A DNA stretch of 64,000 bases from Candidatus Woesearchaeota archaeon (GCA_964509675.1 CAZDXC010000001.1:6336-70335); one strand, 5' to 3'. Positions 19,728-29,740 are shown, counted from the first letter of the stretch. Numbers and translations are program-made. Notes: generated by a model from the letters alone, not told the origin.

Positions 19728-20045
19728 TTATATTGTGTAATGTTTTATCAATTTATTCCTTGTTTCAATAGGCAAATTTCTTTCGCGAATTAAGACATTT
19801 TTTCTAATGTCTTTCTTTAATCCGTTTCTTACCATTGAAAGGTATTCATCGTAGCCAAATGAACTATAATCTGTTCCTTCATTTAGCAAATTGCTTCTTG
19901 TTACCATTCTGTCATACGGAGCGTCTATTTTGAATTTCTTCAAGGTTGTTCCTGATACGCCGTTCAGGATTAGTAATCCAATCTTCTCTTCTCCGAATAT
20001 GATTTTTTTTACTATTATGTCTAATATCTTCAGGCTCATCGTCAT
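19728..20045 (-). CDS. hypothetical protein in the 16S-23S spacer
   Basis: 105-aa ORF between tRNA-Ala and the 23S processing stem, co-oriented with the operon. Confidence 0.55.
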   Translation of the reverse strand: MTMSLKILDIIVKKIIFGEEKIGLLILNGVSGTTLKKFKIDAPYDRMVTRSNLLNEGTDYSSFGYDEYLSMVRNGLKKDIRKNVLIRERNLPIETRNKLIKHYTI

Positions 20046-20094
20046 TTTCCATTTTAATTTAATTTGTTAATCCACTTAGAATTATTTTCTAAAA

Positions 20095-20231
20095 TGGACC
20101 TGTCGGGAGTCGAACCCGAATCTCATCCGTTCTCGGCGATAAGTTCCGCCAATTGCCCTATACGGGTTGACCGTCAAGGGTGGAACCCTTACGCGTGCAA
20201 GGGACGTATTCTACCATTGGACTACAGGCCC
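20095..20231 (-). tRNA. tRNA-Ala (TGC) with 66-nt intron at 37/38 (intron 20130-20195)
   Basis: Acceptor GGGCCTG/CAGGTCC, anticodon stem CGTCC/GGATG. BHB: CTTG pairs with intron CGAG, bulges CAC and AAC, h' GCG/CGC. Confidence 0.93.
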
Positions 20232-20351
20232 ATAAATAAATTATGGACTTGCGGTTTTTAAGGTTATTTATTTTTCGTCTTTTATCGACGATAAATAGAA
20301 TGGTATGTAGAAAATAATCTTGCTGTAATTCAATTAAGTCAAATATTTTTT

Positions 20352-21783
20352 AGGAGGTGATCCATCTGCAGGTTCCCCTACAGATACCTTGTGACGACTT
20401 AACCTACCTTGTCTACCCAAGATTCTCCTTCGAAAAGTTTCATCATAAATAAACTCGGTTGGTTTGACGGGCAGTGTGTGCAAGAGACAGGGACATATTC
20501 ACCGTTCGTTGCTAACAAACGATTACTACAGATTCCGGCGTCATGAGGGCGGGTTACAGCCCTCAATCTGAACTGAGACAGACTTTATGGGATTGGCTTC
20601 TCCTTTCGGAGTTGCATCTCATTGTATCTGCCATTGACGCGCGCGTGTCGCCCAGGGGATTCAGGCTGTACTCACCTAACGTAGCCCACACTTTCATCCT
20701 TATTACTAAGGCAATCTACATATAGTTTAAAGTAAATATGTATGTGGGTCTTGCCTGTTACCTGATTTAACAGGTCACCTCACGGCACAGGCTGACGTCG
20801 GCCATGCAACTCCTCTCAGCGTGTCAGGTAAGCCCTTTAGACTGACCTTCATTCTGCTGTCGCTCCTGGTGAGGTTCACGGTGTGGAATCTAATTGAACC
20901 GCACGCGTCACCTGTTGTAGTGTCTCCCCGCCAATTCCTTTAAGTTTCGGCCTTGCGGCTATACTTCCCAGGTAGCACACTCTTCGGCTTCCCTTCAGCA
21001 CCAATACCTCTCGAGGAGATACTAATGTTTAGTGTGCAGTGTTTACTGCTAGGACTACATGGGTATCTAATCCACTTCGCGCCCCTAGCCTTCATCCTTT
21101 ACTGTCAGAACTGTCCTCGTAAGATGCCTTCGCTATTGTGAGTCTGCTCAAGATTAACACATTTTACCGTTACTTCGAACATACTTCTTACGTCTTCCAG
21201 TCTCTAGCCTAACAGTATTCCTTGCACGCCTTACCCTTAAGAGATAAGATTTCACAAGGAACTTATTAAACAAGCTACGGATGTTTTAGACCCAATAATT
21301 ATGGCTGCGACTTGGACCGCTAGTATTACCGCGGCGGCTGGCACTAGTCTTACCCAGTCCTTATTCGCCAAAATTTTTAGATTTGGCAAAAGCTTTTCAT
21401 TGAAAAGCACTCTGGCTCGCTTTGTCACGCTTGCGCGCATTGCAAAAGATTCTTACCTGCTGCACCCCGTAGGGCTGGGAATAGTGTCTCAGATTCCCTC
21501 TCAGGGCTTCTCCGCTAAGAGCCCTTACGGATCACAGGCTTGGTGAGCTATTACCTCGCCAACAACCTAATCCGCCGCAGCCTCATCCTTAAGCTCGAGT
21601 TTGAGGGTGCATTCATTCCAGGATCGCACCCCTATCAAGTATTATCCTCAGTTTCCCGAGGTTATCCTTGACTTAAGGGCAGATTAGCTACGTGTTACTG
21701 AGCAGTTCGCCTTCTCTCGAAAGACTTGCATGTCTAAGTACAAACCAGAGAGCCGCAGCCGCCAGCAGGATCAACTGGATTTA
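20352..21783 (-). rRNA. rrs: 16S rRNA (ends approximate, no intron seen)
   Basis: 5' TCCAGTTGATCCTGC, GTGCCAGCCGCCGCGGTAA, 3' GATCACCTCCT. Processing stem TTTATCGACG (21802-21811) / CGTCGATAAA (20281-20290). Confidence 0.98.
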
Positions 21784-22053
21784 AAGAATATCATAAATTT
21801 CCGTCGATAAATAACAAAAATTTCCATTCCGCAATTTTTCTGTAAGAAGAAAAACCACTTCACACAATTCCTACTATTGGCTTAACATCAGCCTTGAGCA
21901 CAAACTCAAGGGGAGATGTCATAAGAAGAACCGATTAGGTTCTTTTTATTAGAACTACAACTGAATGACTACTTCTACATACATCATACTTTAATGTTAC
22001 AATATGCATTTCTTAAAGTACTCATTCTAATTATGAAATTTTCAGAAAAATGG

Positions 22054-22072
22054 ATTATATAAATGTTTCGGA
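22054..22072 (-). promoter_or_regulatory. probable rRNA operon promoter (BRE + TATA)
   Basis: Minus strand CCGAAACA-TTTATATAAT about 270 nt upstream of 16S. Confidence 0.55.
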
Positions 22073-22092
22073 GAAATTTTTATTGAGGAGAA

Positions 22093-22320
22093 TTATTCAT
22101 CTAATTCAATAGATGCAATTACGTTTTCTAAATTAATTTCTGCTTTTTTACATTTATTTTTTTCTTTGTATTTTTCCAATGCTACAATATTGTATGCTCT
22201 TTTATCTTCTACCAAGTTCATTGTAGTAACCATAATAAAATCTTTAATTACAGCTTCATTATTACTAACTCCAATATAGGTTATCCCATTGTTCATATCA
22301 TATGCTGTGATTTCACCCAT
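22093..22320 (-). CDS. hypothetical protein
   Basis: 75-aa ORF. Confidence 0.5.
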   Translation of the reverse strand: MGEITAYDMNNGITYIGVSNNEAVIKDFIMVTTMNLVEDKRAYNIVALEKYKEKNKCKKAEINLENVIASIELDE

Positions 22321-22381
22321 ATTTTAAATTCAGTTTTTTTCTTTTAAAAAAACTTATATATCTTGAAATATATTATTAATT

Positions 22382-22831
22382 ATGTCCCTTAAGGAATATA
22401 AAAAAAAGAGGAATCTGAAAAAATCTGGAGAGCCTTTAGGAAAAGAAGGTAAAAAATTGAAATCTCACATATTTGTAATTCACGAGCATCATGCTAGCCA
22501 TTTGCACTGGGATTTGAGATTGCAGATGAATGGGGTTCTTAAAAGTTGGGCTGTGCCAAAACAACCTCCAAGAACAAAAGGCATTAAAAGATTGGCAATG
22601 CATGTTGAAGACCATCCTCTTTCTTATGCAAAATTTCATGGAACAATTCCTGAAGGGAACTATGGAGCAGGAAAAGTTATAATTTGGGATAGAGGAAAAT
22701 ATGAACTGATTGAAAAAACTCCGAAGAAAATTGTCTTTGAACTTCATGGAAAAAAGCTCAAAGGAAAATATGCACTGATAAAAACTTTTTACGGAGGAAA
22801 GAAAAACGGCTGGTTGTTTTTTAAGATGTAA
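22382..22831 (+). CDS. stand-alone LigD 3'-phosphoesterase (PE) domain
   Basis: FVIHEHHASHLHWDLRL..NGVLKSWAVPK, LAMHVEDHP..Y..F.G.IP.G.YGAG.V.IWD.G.Y. Confidence 0.92.
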   Translation: MSLKEYKKKRNLKKSGEPLGKEGKKLKSHIFVIHEHHASHLHWDLRLQMNGVLKSWAVPKQPPRTKGIKRLAMHVEDHPLSYAKFHGTIPEGNYGAGKVIIWDRGKYELIEKTPKKIVFELHGKKLKGKYALIKTFYGGKKNGWLFFKM

Positions 22832-22832
22832 A

Positions 22833-23039
22833 TTACTTGATTTTATTCTTTATATCCAATAAAATTATAATTATTTCATGTCCAATAAGAACAATAAGCA
22901 AAGAAAATAATCCTGTTATTGAAAAAATTATTCCCTGAATAAACATATAAAAAAGACTTGCTAAAAATCCAATTGTAAAAAGTCCTATGAAAATATACAG
23001 AATTTTTACATCGCTGTGTTTGTAAAAAGGAAATTTCAT
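22833..23039 (-). CDS. small membrane protein
   Basis: Two hydrophobic segments; coupled to the upstream ORF. Confidence 0.5.
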   Translation of the reverse strand: MKFPFYKHSDVKILYIFIGLFTIGFLASLFYMFIQGIIFSITGLFSLLIVLIGHEIIIILLDIKNKIK

Positions 23040-23314
23040 TTTTCTTTTAGAATCTCTAACACTAATCCTTTAACATTTTTGAAATTTTCAAATTGTTCTC
23101 GAATTATTTTTCGTGGAACCTCATTTTCAAAAATTCTTAGAGCGAATAAAAAATTATATGCAGATTCAGATAATTGCCCATTATCATTATTAATCGCATT
23201 ATAAAACAAAATTCTTTTATTGCATACCTGAAAATAATAATCCCTGTATCTTTTTGGGGTCTCTTTTAATAATATTTTGTCTCTAACTTTATCTAACATA
23301 TTTTTATACTCCAT
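23036..23314 (-). CDS. hypothetical protein
   Basis: 92 aa, overlaps the rps2 stop. Confidence 0.55.
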   Translation of the reverse strand: MEYKNMLDKVRDKILLKETPKRYRDYYFQVCNKRILFYNAINNDNGQLSESAYNFLFALRIFENEVPRKIIREQFENFKNVKGLVLEILKEK

Positions 23315-24233
23315 ATCTTGCGCTTACGGCTCTTGCTTTTTTCTTAATTTGTATTTCTGGCTCTTCCTCGCTTATCCACCATTCAATATCCGGAATGTCT
23401 GCCTCAATTTTTCTTGCCTTGCAATATCCTCTTGCAAGAAGATAGAAAATAATTCCTAAACTTTTTGCACTTTTGTTGTTTCCTATTATTGTCTTGTCAG
23501 CTCCTTTTGAAAAATTATTTGTATCGCAAATCATCAAAACCTTTTTCTTGACATTTAAAGTATCATAAAGCGCATTTTTGTCAAGCCAGGAATCAGTTAT
23601 TATTGTCAATTCATTTTCAAAAAAATCAGGAAGTGTGGTATTAGTTAGAATTCCTGCAGGATATTTTTTTGTGAAGGTTTTTATTCCTGTTAGTTTTGAA
23701 AACATTTCTACAACTTTCCAGCCAGCCTGTCTCTTGCATACCAAAATAACTTCTTCCGGAGCGAATTTTGAAAGATATTCTATGCCTTCTTTTAATTTTT
23801 CATCAATTATGTCTGTGTTGAATATGGCCAATCCATCTGCTCTTCTTCTGTAAACAAAGGGTCTCATGTTAGGAGTGACAACCTTTGTTCCAATGTATAT
23901 GCCTGTCTTGACATAATCCTCAAGAGGAACGAGCATATCAGTTCTTTTTTTTATTTTGACCTTCTCTTTAAGTTCTTCTGTTTTTGCAACCTTCAGTTTT
24001 TTCGCAAGCTCCTTTGCTCTTTCCAAAACTTCTTTTTTCTTTTCTTCCAGTTCCTTTTCTCCTGTTGTTGATTCTGCTTCTGCTTTCTTTTCCAAATCTT
24101 TTTCAAATTTTTCTTCCTCTTTTTCTGCAATTTTCTCTTCTTTTTCAGCGACTGCTTCTGAAATGCCGGATTTTTCAATATCTTTGATTATTTCTTCTTT
24201 TGTTTCTGTTTCAGATTTCTTTTTTCTTTCCAT
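23304..24233 (-). CDS. rps2: 30S ribosomal protein S2 with charged N-terminal extension of about 95 aa
   Basis: LVPLEDY.KTGIYIGTK...MRPFVYRRR.DGL, YPAGILTN, ICDTNN, IIGNNKS..SLG. Confidence 0.93.
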   Translation of the reverse strand: MERKKKSETETKEEIIKDIEKSGISEAVAEKEEKIAEKEEEKFEKDLEKKAEAESTTGEKELEEKKKEVLERAKELAKKLKVAKTEELKEKVKIKKRTDMLVPLEDYVKTGIYIGTKVVTPNMRPFVYRRRADGLAIFNTDIIDEKLKEGIEYLSKFAPEEVILVCKRQAGWKVVEMFSKLTGIKTFTKKYPAGILTNTTLPDFFENELTIITDSWLDKNALYDTLNVKKKVLMICDTNNFSKGADKTIIGNNKSAKSLGIIFYLLARGYCKARKIEADIPDIEWWISEEEPEIQIKKKARAVSARYGV

Positions 24234-24354
24234 TTTTCAGTGTTTCGCGAAGTTTTGTTTTGTCTCGCAATGCCTACGCGTAATGTGTTGTTGTGTCTCG
24301 CAATGCCTATGCGTAATGTGTTGTTGTGTTTCGCGATGCCTATGCGCAATGGCT
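24234..24354. repeat. 121-bp element with 33-bp tandem units, copy 1
   Basis: Units at 24263-24295 and 24296-24328 plus a partial; near-identical to 59893-60013. Confidence 0.9.
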
Positions 24355-24501
24355 TGGCATTTAAATCAGAGAAAAAGTATATTTTTAAAGGTTTCATCCT
24401 GCCCACTCCGCCCAAGAAAATTGTTAATAATGAAAGAACTCAAGTGATTTTATTCTACTACTACAGATTTATATTAATTTTTGCGTCAGCAACAAATTTA
24501 A

Positions 24502-24521
24502 GCGAGCGTTAGCGAGCGATT
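24502..24521. repeat. 20-bp dispersed repeat, copy 2
   Basis: Identical to 8005-8024; abuts the enolase stop codon. Confidence 0.7.
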
Positions 24522-25689
24522 ATCTCAAACTCTTTTCAATTTCAATCAGCCTCTTGAGTTTGGCTTCTCTCTCTCTTCCTGTAATTCCGCATTTGAAAAA
24601 ATCACTTTGAAAGCCAAAAGCCAAATCAGCAAGAATTGTTTCTTCTGTTTCTCCGCTCCTGTGCGAGAAAACAGTTTTAATATTGTTACTTTTTGCCATT
24701 TCACAAACCTCACTCATTTTTATCAGCGAGCCAATCTGGTTTGGCTTTACAATAATCGCACTTATGCTTTTCATTTTTATTGCCTTTTTCAGTCTTTCAG
24801 GATTTGTTGTTGTTAAATCATCTCCTACAATTAATCTGTCAGGAAACCTTTTTAGCAGTTTTGAAAAATTCTCAAAATCATTTTCTTCAAAAGGGTCTTC
24901 TATGTAATACAAATTAAAGTTTCTTATTAAATTGCTTATATATTCCAGCTGCTCTTCAATGTTTCTTTTGAACATTGGATTCTTGTAATTGTATTTTTTT
25001 CTGTTATAAAAACTGGATGCAGCAATATCAACTCCAAAAGGCAGGTTAGTACTTTTAAGTATGTCTAAGATTTCTTTTTCATTCAATGATGTTTCCCAGG
25101 CATCTTCATCATTTTTTTCTCCTTTGAATTTTTTGTCTTCTCTGGCAAGAATTTCTTTTATGTCTTTTTTTGTCTTCTTGTTTATATTAAATGCTTCTTC
25201 AATGTTTTTGTTTTTTGGAATTAAAAGAAATTCCTGAAAATCAGGCTTTCTGTCTGTAGAAGAAATCTGACTGTGTTTTCCTCCGCCAATACAATTTCCC
25301 ACAAGCCTTGGAAATTTTCCAGCATTTGAATTTGATTTAATCATTTCCCAAACCTGTTTTTTCTTTTCTCTTGCCAATGCTTTTAATATTGCAGATTCAA
25401 GCGCAAATAATGTATTTGCTCCAATCTGCCTGTCAGAAATATCCTCAATCCTTCTTAAATCTTCAAATTTTTCAATTATTTCTTCACTGAAATAATCACT
25501 AAGTTGTTTTATTTTTTTTATGTCTCCTTCAAGGCTCTTATTATAAGGTTTGGCTTCGTATTTTCCTGTTGATTTGCCATTTGGAGAACTTGCAGAAAAA
25601 TTCCCTATATTCGTTTTTATAGAAATAAAAATCGTCTTTTCTTTTCTTGAATCTAATATGCTCCTTGCAGAAACCTCTCTTATTTTCAT
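24520..25689 (-). CDS. eno: enolase
   Basis: REV..R.ILDSR, STGKYEA, IGANT, GG.H, QEF, IEDPF.E.D, VGDDL.TTN, KPNQIGSL, SHRSGETE. Confidence 0.95.
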   Translation of the reverse strand: MKIREVSARSILDSRKEKTIFISIKTNIGNFSASSPNGKSTGKYEAKPYNKSLEGDIKKIKQLSDYFSEEIIEKFEDLRRIEDISDRQIGANTLFALESAILKALAREKKKQVWEMIKSNSNAGKFPRLVGNCIGGGKHSQISSTDRKPDFQEFLLIPKNKNIEEAFNINKKTKKDIKEILAREDKKFKGEKNDEDAWETSLNEKEILDILKSTNLPFGVDIAASSFYNRKKYNYKNPMFKRNIEEQLEYISNLIRNFNLYYIEDPFEENDFENFSKLLKRFPDRLIVGDDLTTTNPERLKKAIKMKSISAIIVKPNQIGSLIKMSEVCEMAKSNNIKTVFSHRSGETEETILADLAFGFQSDFFKCGITGREREAKLKRLIEIEKSLR

Positions 25690-25742
25690 ATAAAATAGAA
25701 AAATCTGTTATATAAAAAGTTAATTGAAATTAATCTTTAGAA

Positions 25743-26117
25743 TTACTCTTCTCCTTCTTCCCCTTCCATTTCACTCATTTCGTCTTCTGGATTGGCAAGT
25801 TCCATGATTTCTCCAGATTCAACAATTTCTGATTCTTCTGCTGCTTCTTTTTCCTGTATGCCTTTTTCAGAAATTTTTCTTTCCTTAACTCTTCTCAGTT
25901 TTTCTTCCTTCCTCTGAGGAAATGGACGCTTGACAGAAATCGGAAGAATGTCTGAATTAAGTTCAACTTCTGCAATTTTAAGAGCATCATAATTAATTTT
26001 TTCCAAATCTTCTTTGTTTATTTTTATTAATAGTGGAGCATTCATAGAAATCTGCAAGGCCCTTGCTCCAAGAATCCTTGCAATTTCATATTTTGTAAAT
26101 TGTCTTGGTTCTGTCAT
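25743..26117 (-). CDS. rpoK: RNA polymerase subunit K (Rpo6) with acidic tail
   Basis: TKYEIARILGARALQISMNAP...A..E...LPI.V.R. Confidence 0.93.
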   Translation of the reverse strand: MTEPRQFTKYEIARILGARALQISMNAPLLIKINKEDLEKINYDALKIAEVELNSDILPISVKRPFPQRKEEKLRRVKERKISEKGIQEKEAAEESEIVESGEIMELANPEDEMSEMEGEEGEE

Positions 26118-26127
26118 ATTAATTATT

Positions 26128-26919
26128 TTAATGTTTTTTCAATTTTTTTGATATCTCTTTTTCTGTTTTTTCTATTAAGTCAAGCACCTTGTTAAACTCT
26201 TCTATGCTCAATTCCTTGCTGTTTCCTTTTTGCATTGAATGTATTATTCCATTTGAACTTGCTATTGTGACTCTTGTTTCACTTATATCTTCTTCTTCTT
26301 TTGTTGGATCAACAATCAGACTTTCTCCTATTTTATGCACTGTTAAAGAAATTGGGGTTTCTTTTGATAATGGAATTTTTTTATTTGTCCATTCTCCGAA
26401 TTGAGTCCTTCCTTCTTTTTCGTCATATTTTGGAATTTTTGCGCTTTTTAGGGCAGCAATAGCACCGATTCCGGCAGCGTCCAATAAATTTCCGTCATCA
26501 TTTATAGAATATATATCTATGAAAACAGTCCATACTTTTTCTCCTTTTTTAATGCATAATTTTTCCAATTCAATAAACTTGCTTTCTCTTACCCCCCTGT
26601 CAATAACTCTCGCTAATTCTATTGCATCAAATTGCGGAGGCCCAGATTCAAATCTTGGAGAACTTAAGGGAAGAAGTTCTGATGTAACCATTAAATTTCC
26701 TTTGTCTTGAGAATCAGGATATGGTTCTGCGACATCCATTTTCACTCCGACAAGTACTTCTGTTTTTCCGATTTTTATTCTTGCACTTCCTTCTGCATTT
26801 TTTGAAATTCCTGTTTCAATGCTCATTTCTCTGAATTCATCCAGCTTTCTCTCGTCAAATCTCTTTCCTTCACTTAAATATTCTTTAATTCTCTCTCCTG
26901 TTAAATCTGATGTCATCAT
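26128..26919 (-). CDS. rrp42: exosome subunit Rrp42
   Basis: GKRFDER..DEFR, AEGSA..KIGKT.V.VGVK, DDGNL.DA. Confidence 0.95.
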   Translation of the reverse strand: MMTSDLTGERIKEYLSEGKRFDERKLDEFREMSIETGISKNAEGSARIKIGKTEVLVGVKMDVAEPYPDSQDKGNLMVTSELLPLSSPRFESGPPQFDAIELARVIDRGVRESKFIELEKLCIKKGEKVWTVFIDIYSINDDGNLLDAAGIGAIAALKSAKIPKYDEKEGRTQFGEWTNKKIPLSKETPISLTVHKIGESLIVDPTKEEEDISETRVTIASSNGIIHSMQKGNSKELSIEEFNKVLDLIEKTEKEISKKLKKH

Positions 26920-27614
26920 TTTCCTATATCCTTCAATGCCTTTTTTTGAGCCTCGTAAATTTCCTTTCCTGCTTTTTTTGCAAGTTCAATGGCTTCATTT
27001 AATTGTTTTCTTGTTATTTTTCCATCTAATTGAATATGGCTTATTTTTCCGTCTCCTGTTATAGTTATTGGAATGTCTGTTGCACCTTCCCCTTCTTCCC
27101 AGTCTTCTTCTTTTTTTATCAAATCCATAACTAATTGCTTGTCTAATTTCCCTATTGAAACGCTCTGGACAAGACTTTTCATTGGTATGCCTGCGTGGGC
27201 AAGAGCCATTGCAGCAGCATTTATCCCGGCACATCTTGTTGAGGCATTTGCCTGCAAAATATTTATGTGAACATCAATAACAGTCCCCTGAAATTCATCT
27301 ATCATTACAACTGGCTGCAAAGCCCATTCTGTTATTTTGCTTATCTCAGTGCTTCTTCTGCTTGGTCCGGGTCTTATCCTTTCTGTAACAGAAAAGCTCA
27401 ACATATTGTAATTGCATCTCAATGTTCCTCTTTCAGGATCTTGTGCATGCTGAGGATGCATTTTTTTAGGTCCGTAAACAGCAGCGATTGCAACAGTATC
27501 TCCGAATGCAAACATTGCACTTCCATCTGCGTTTGGTACAATTCCAACTTTTGCAGTTATCTTTCTTAATTCGTTTGGCTTTCTTCCATCCGGCCGTTTG
27601 AATTCTTTTGTCAT
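26916..27614 (-). CDS. rrp41: exosome subunit Rrp41
   Basis: RPDGR...ELR, ADGSA, YGPK, RPGPSRRS.EIS, ANASTRCAGINAA. Confidence 0.95.
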   Translation of the reverse strand: MTKEFKRPDGRKPNELRKITAKVGIVPNADGSAMFAFGDTVAIAAVYGPKKMHPQHAQDPERGTLRCNYNMLSFSVTERIRPGPSRRSTEISKITEWALQPVVMIDEFQGTVIDVHINILQANASTRCAGINAAAMALAHAGIPMKSLVQSVSIGKLDKQLVMDLIKKEEDWEEGEGATDIPITITGDGKISHIQLDGKITRKQLNEAIELAKKAGKEIYEAQKKALKDIGK

Positions 27615-28288
27615 TTTCCTTTCTCCTTTTCAAACCATTCCTTCATTTCATCTGTCAATCCAGAGACAAAAGACCTTTCTGCTATGTAATGGATTGCTTT
27701 TTTGGCAAATAATTCATCTTCAATTCCATCTCCACTAATCCATATGAATCCATTTTGTCCGACTGTAATCCTGCATTTTGTTTCATCTTTTATCAGAGAT
27801 ATCATGCTTCCTTCTTTTCCTATAATTCTCGGAACCCTGTTTGGATTTACACTTATTATCATTCCCTTGTCCAGCCTTCCAAGCCCTTTCAGTTTTATTG
27901 TCAAATCTATCCCTCTTTTGTTTATTGAATTTATTTTTGCAACGAGCATATCTCCTATAGCCAATACTTCTTCCAAGTCATCTTTATTAACATATCTCGG
28001 AACTTCCATTAACGAAAGAAAAGCATTTTCAGGAGTATTTATATCCACAACCCATCCATTGAAAGTTATATTTTCCACTTTTCCTATAACAACATTTCCT
28101 CTCCTTGGCTGATAAACTCCTGATAGTGGAATTACCTTAACCAGTTTTTTTGATTCTTCTGCCAATCCGTATCTTATAGCGATTATTTTGTCCTCTCTTT
28201 TTTCTGTTCCCTCTCCCGGAAGATAATCGTCTCCTTCAAATATTGTTTCTCCTGGTATTACAATTTTTCTTGAATATTCTTCTGTCAT
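27611..28288 (-). CDS. rrp4: exosome RNA-binding subunit Rrp4
   Basis: VIPGE, Y.PRRG.VVIG, S1 plus KH (VPRIIGKEGSMI, VGQNG.IW). Confidence 0.93.
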   Translation of the reverse strand: MTEEYSRKIVIPGETIFEGDDYLPGEGTEKREDKIIAIRYGLAEESKKLVKVIPLSGVYQPRRGNVVIGKVENITFNGWVVDINTPENAFLSLMEVPRYVNKDDLEEVLAIGDMLVAKINSINKRGIDLTIKLKGLGRLDKGMIISVNPNRVPRIIGKEGSMISLIKDETKCRITVGQNGFIWISGDGIEDELFAKKAIHYIAERSFVSGLTDEMKEWFEKEKGK

Positions 28289-28959
28289 TCTTCCTTAATC
28301 TCCTCTGTTATTGCACTTCCATGTGTGGCTGAATTTAACTTGTCATAAAAATCCATGACAATTCCAGAAGGAATGTTTATCACAACCTCCAAACTTCCGT
28401 CATTCATCCAGTTTTCCCCTTCTTTATATGGATTTATTATGCTATAAACCTTTCCTGTATGTATTGCGGGAATTTTTATCTTTATTTTCTTGGTTTCTAT
28501 CTTTATAGGAATTATCTTACTTACTTCAGCCAATATGTCCTTTATTTGGTTTTCAATTGGAACATTTTTTATGTTGACATGAGCCTCTTCTAATGCCCGG
28601 TATATTCTTTCAGGAGTATGTGGATTGCCTGTCTGCGGATTTATTGTATTTCTTGAAAGAAAATCAACGATTTGTTTTAATTTTTTTTCTCTTTCCTCAT
28701 CTCTGTATTCCTGAGTAACCAAAACTTCTCCTTCTTTCACTATTTTCTTAATAATTTCTGAAGAATCTGTAGTTCCAAAAGCAGATTCAAGTTCAGAATT
28801 TGATGCGACTTCTCCTCTTTTTGAGTTCGTGAAAATTTTGTCATTTTCTGCTTCAAAAGAAGAAGATTGCCCTTTCTTAAATTTCAGTGCTTCATCCAAA
28901 TCAACCATAATCTCAAAATGCTTTCCCCCTTGTTTTATTCTTGCTATTGTAGTGGTCAT
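28285..28959 (-). CDS. SBDS family ribosome assembly factor
   Basis: ARIKQGGKHFEIMVD, F.T.D...I...I..EGE..T.EYR, NPQT..PH.PERI. Confidence 0.93.
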   Translation of the reverse strand: MTTTIARIKQGGKHFEIMVDLDEALKFKKGQSSSFEAENDKIFTNSKRGEVASNSELESAFGTTDSSEIIKKIVKEGEVLVTQEYRDEEREKKLKQIVDFLSRNTINPQTGNPHTPERIYRALEEAHVNIKNVPIENQIKDILAEVSKIIPIKIETKKIKIKIPAIHTGKVYSIINPYKEGENWMNDGSLEVVINIPSGIVMDFYDKLNSATHGSAITEEIKEE

Positions 28960-29681
28960 TTTATAAATTCTTGTAATTGCTCTCCGTAAAATCTTTTTAA
29001 CTCTCCGGTTTCACTTTTAATATAAACCAATTCAAATTTGTTGATGTTGAATTTCTTTTCTTCCAATTCTTTTAATATGTCCAATGAAAGTTTAACTCCT
29101 TTTTTTATTGTTAAATCTGGTTTGTATCTTTCTCTTAGTTTTTCTTTTATCTTATCGTCATTTTCTCCGATGGCATTTGCATGATATGCCAGATAATTTC
29201 CAGTTACATCGCTTGTATATAATTCTGGTTTTTTGTTGTTAATTCCTGCAATCATTAAAGAGACGCCAAAAGGCCTTGCACCTCCGTATTGGGTAAACTG
29301 TTGTTTTAAATTTGACAAGTCTTTTATTATTAATTCTGGCTCAATCGGAGAATCATAAGTAACTCTATGTTGCTGAGCAAGTACTTGTGCTCTTTCTATC
29401 AAAACTCTCGCATCAGAAATAATCCCTGCAACACTTGATATTATATGAGAATCAATTTCGTAAATTTTATTAGCTGAACTTTGAACAATCAATTTGTCTT
29501 CTGTTCTCAAATCTGCGATTATAAAAACACCGTCAGAACAAACTATTCCAATGCTTGCACTTCCAAGCCTCACTGTCTTTTCTGCATACTCAACTTGTAA
29601 GAGGTGTCCTTGGGGTGAGAACATAGTGGCAGTTCTGTCATAACCCATTGCTTGATGTTGTATGTCTAAAGGTATATCCAT
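28956..29681 (-). CDS. psmA: proteasome alpha subunit (probable start ATG 29681)
   Basis: MGYDRTATMFSPQGHLLQVEYA, RPFGVSL, AIG. Confidence 0.96.
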   Translation of the reverse strand: MDIPLDIQHQAMGYDRTATMFSPQGHLLQVEYAEKTVRLGSASIGIVCSDGVFIIADLRTEDKLIVQSSANKIYEIDSHIISSVAGIISDARVLIERAQVLAQQHRVTYDSPIEPELIIKDLSNLKQQFTQYGGARPFGVSLMIAGINNKKPELYTSDVTGNYLAYHANAIGENDDKIKEKLRERYKPDLTIKKGVKLSLDILKELEEKKFNINKFELVYIKSETGELKRFYGEQLQEFIK

Positions 29682-29701
29682 TATGCAAAATCTCCTTTCC
29701 T

Positions 29702-29740
29702 TTTTCAGTGTTTCGCGATGCGTATGCGTAATCGCATTTT
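29702..29740. repeat. monomeric member of the 33-bp-unit repeat family
   Basis: TTTTCAGTGTTTCGCGATGCGTATGCGTAATCGCATTTT in the psmA leader. Confidence 0.7.

Noticed and set aside
24263-24351. 33-bp repeats as a CRISPR array (also 59922-60010)
   Set aside because: Units are head-to-tail with no unique spacers.
23956-24512. ORFs 23956-24447, 24188-24415, 24240-24512 and 59827-60021
   Set aside because: Antisense shadows of rps2 or frames created by the stop-free 33-bp repeat.
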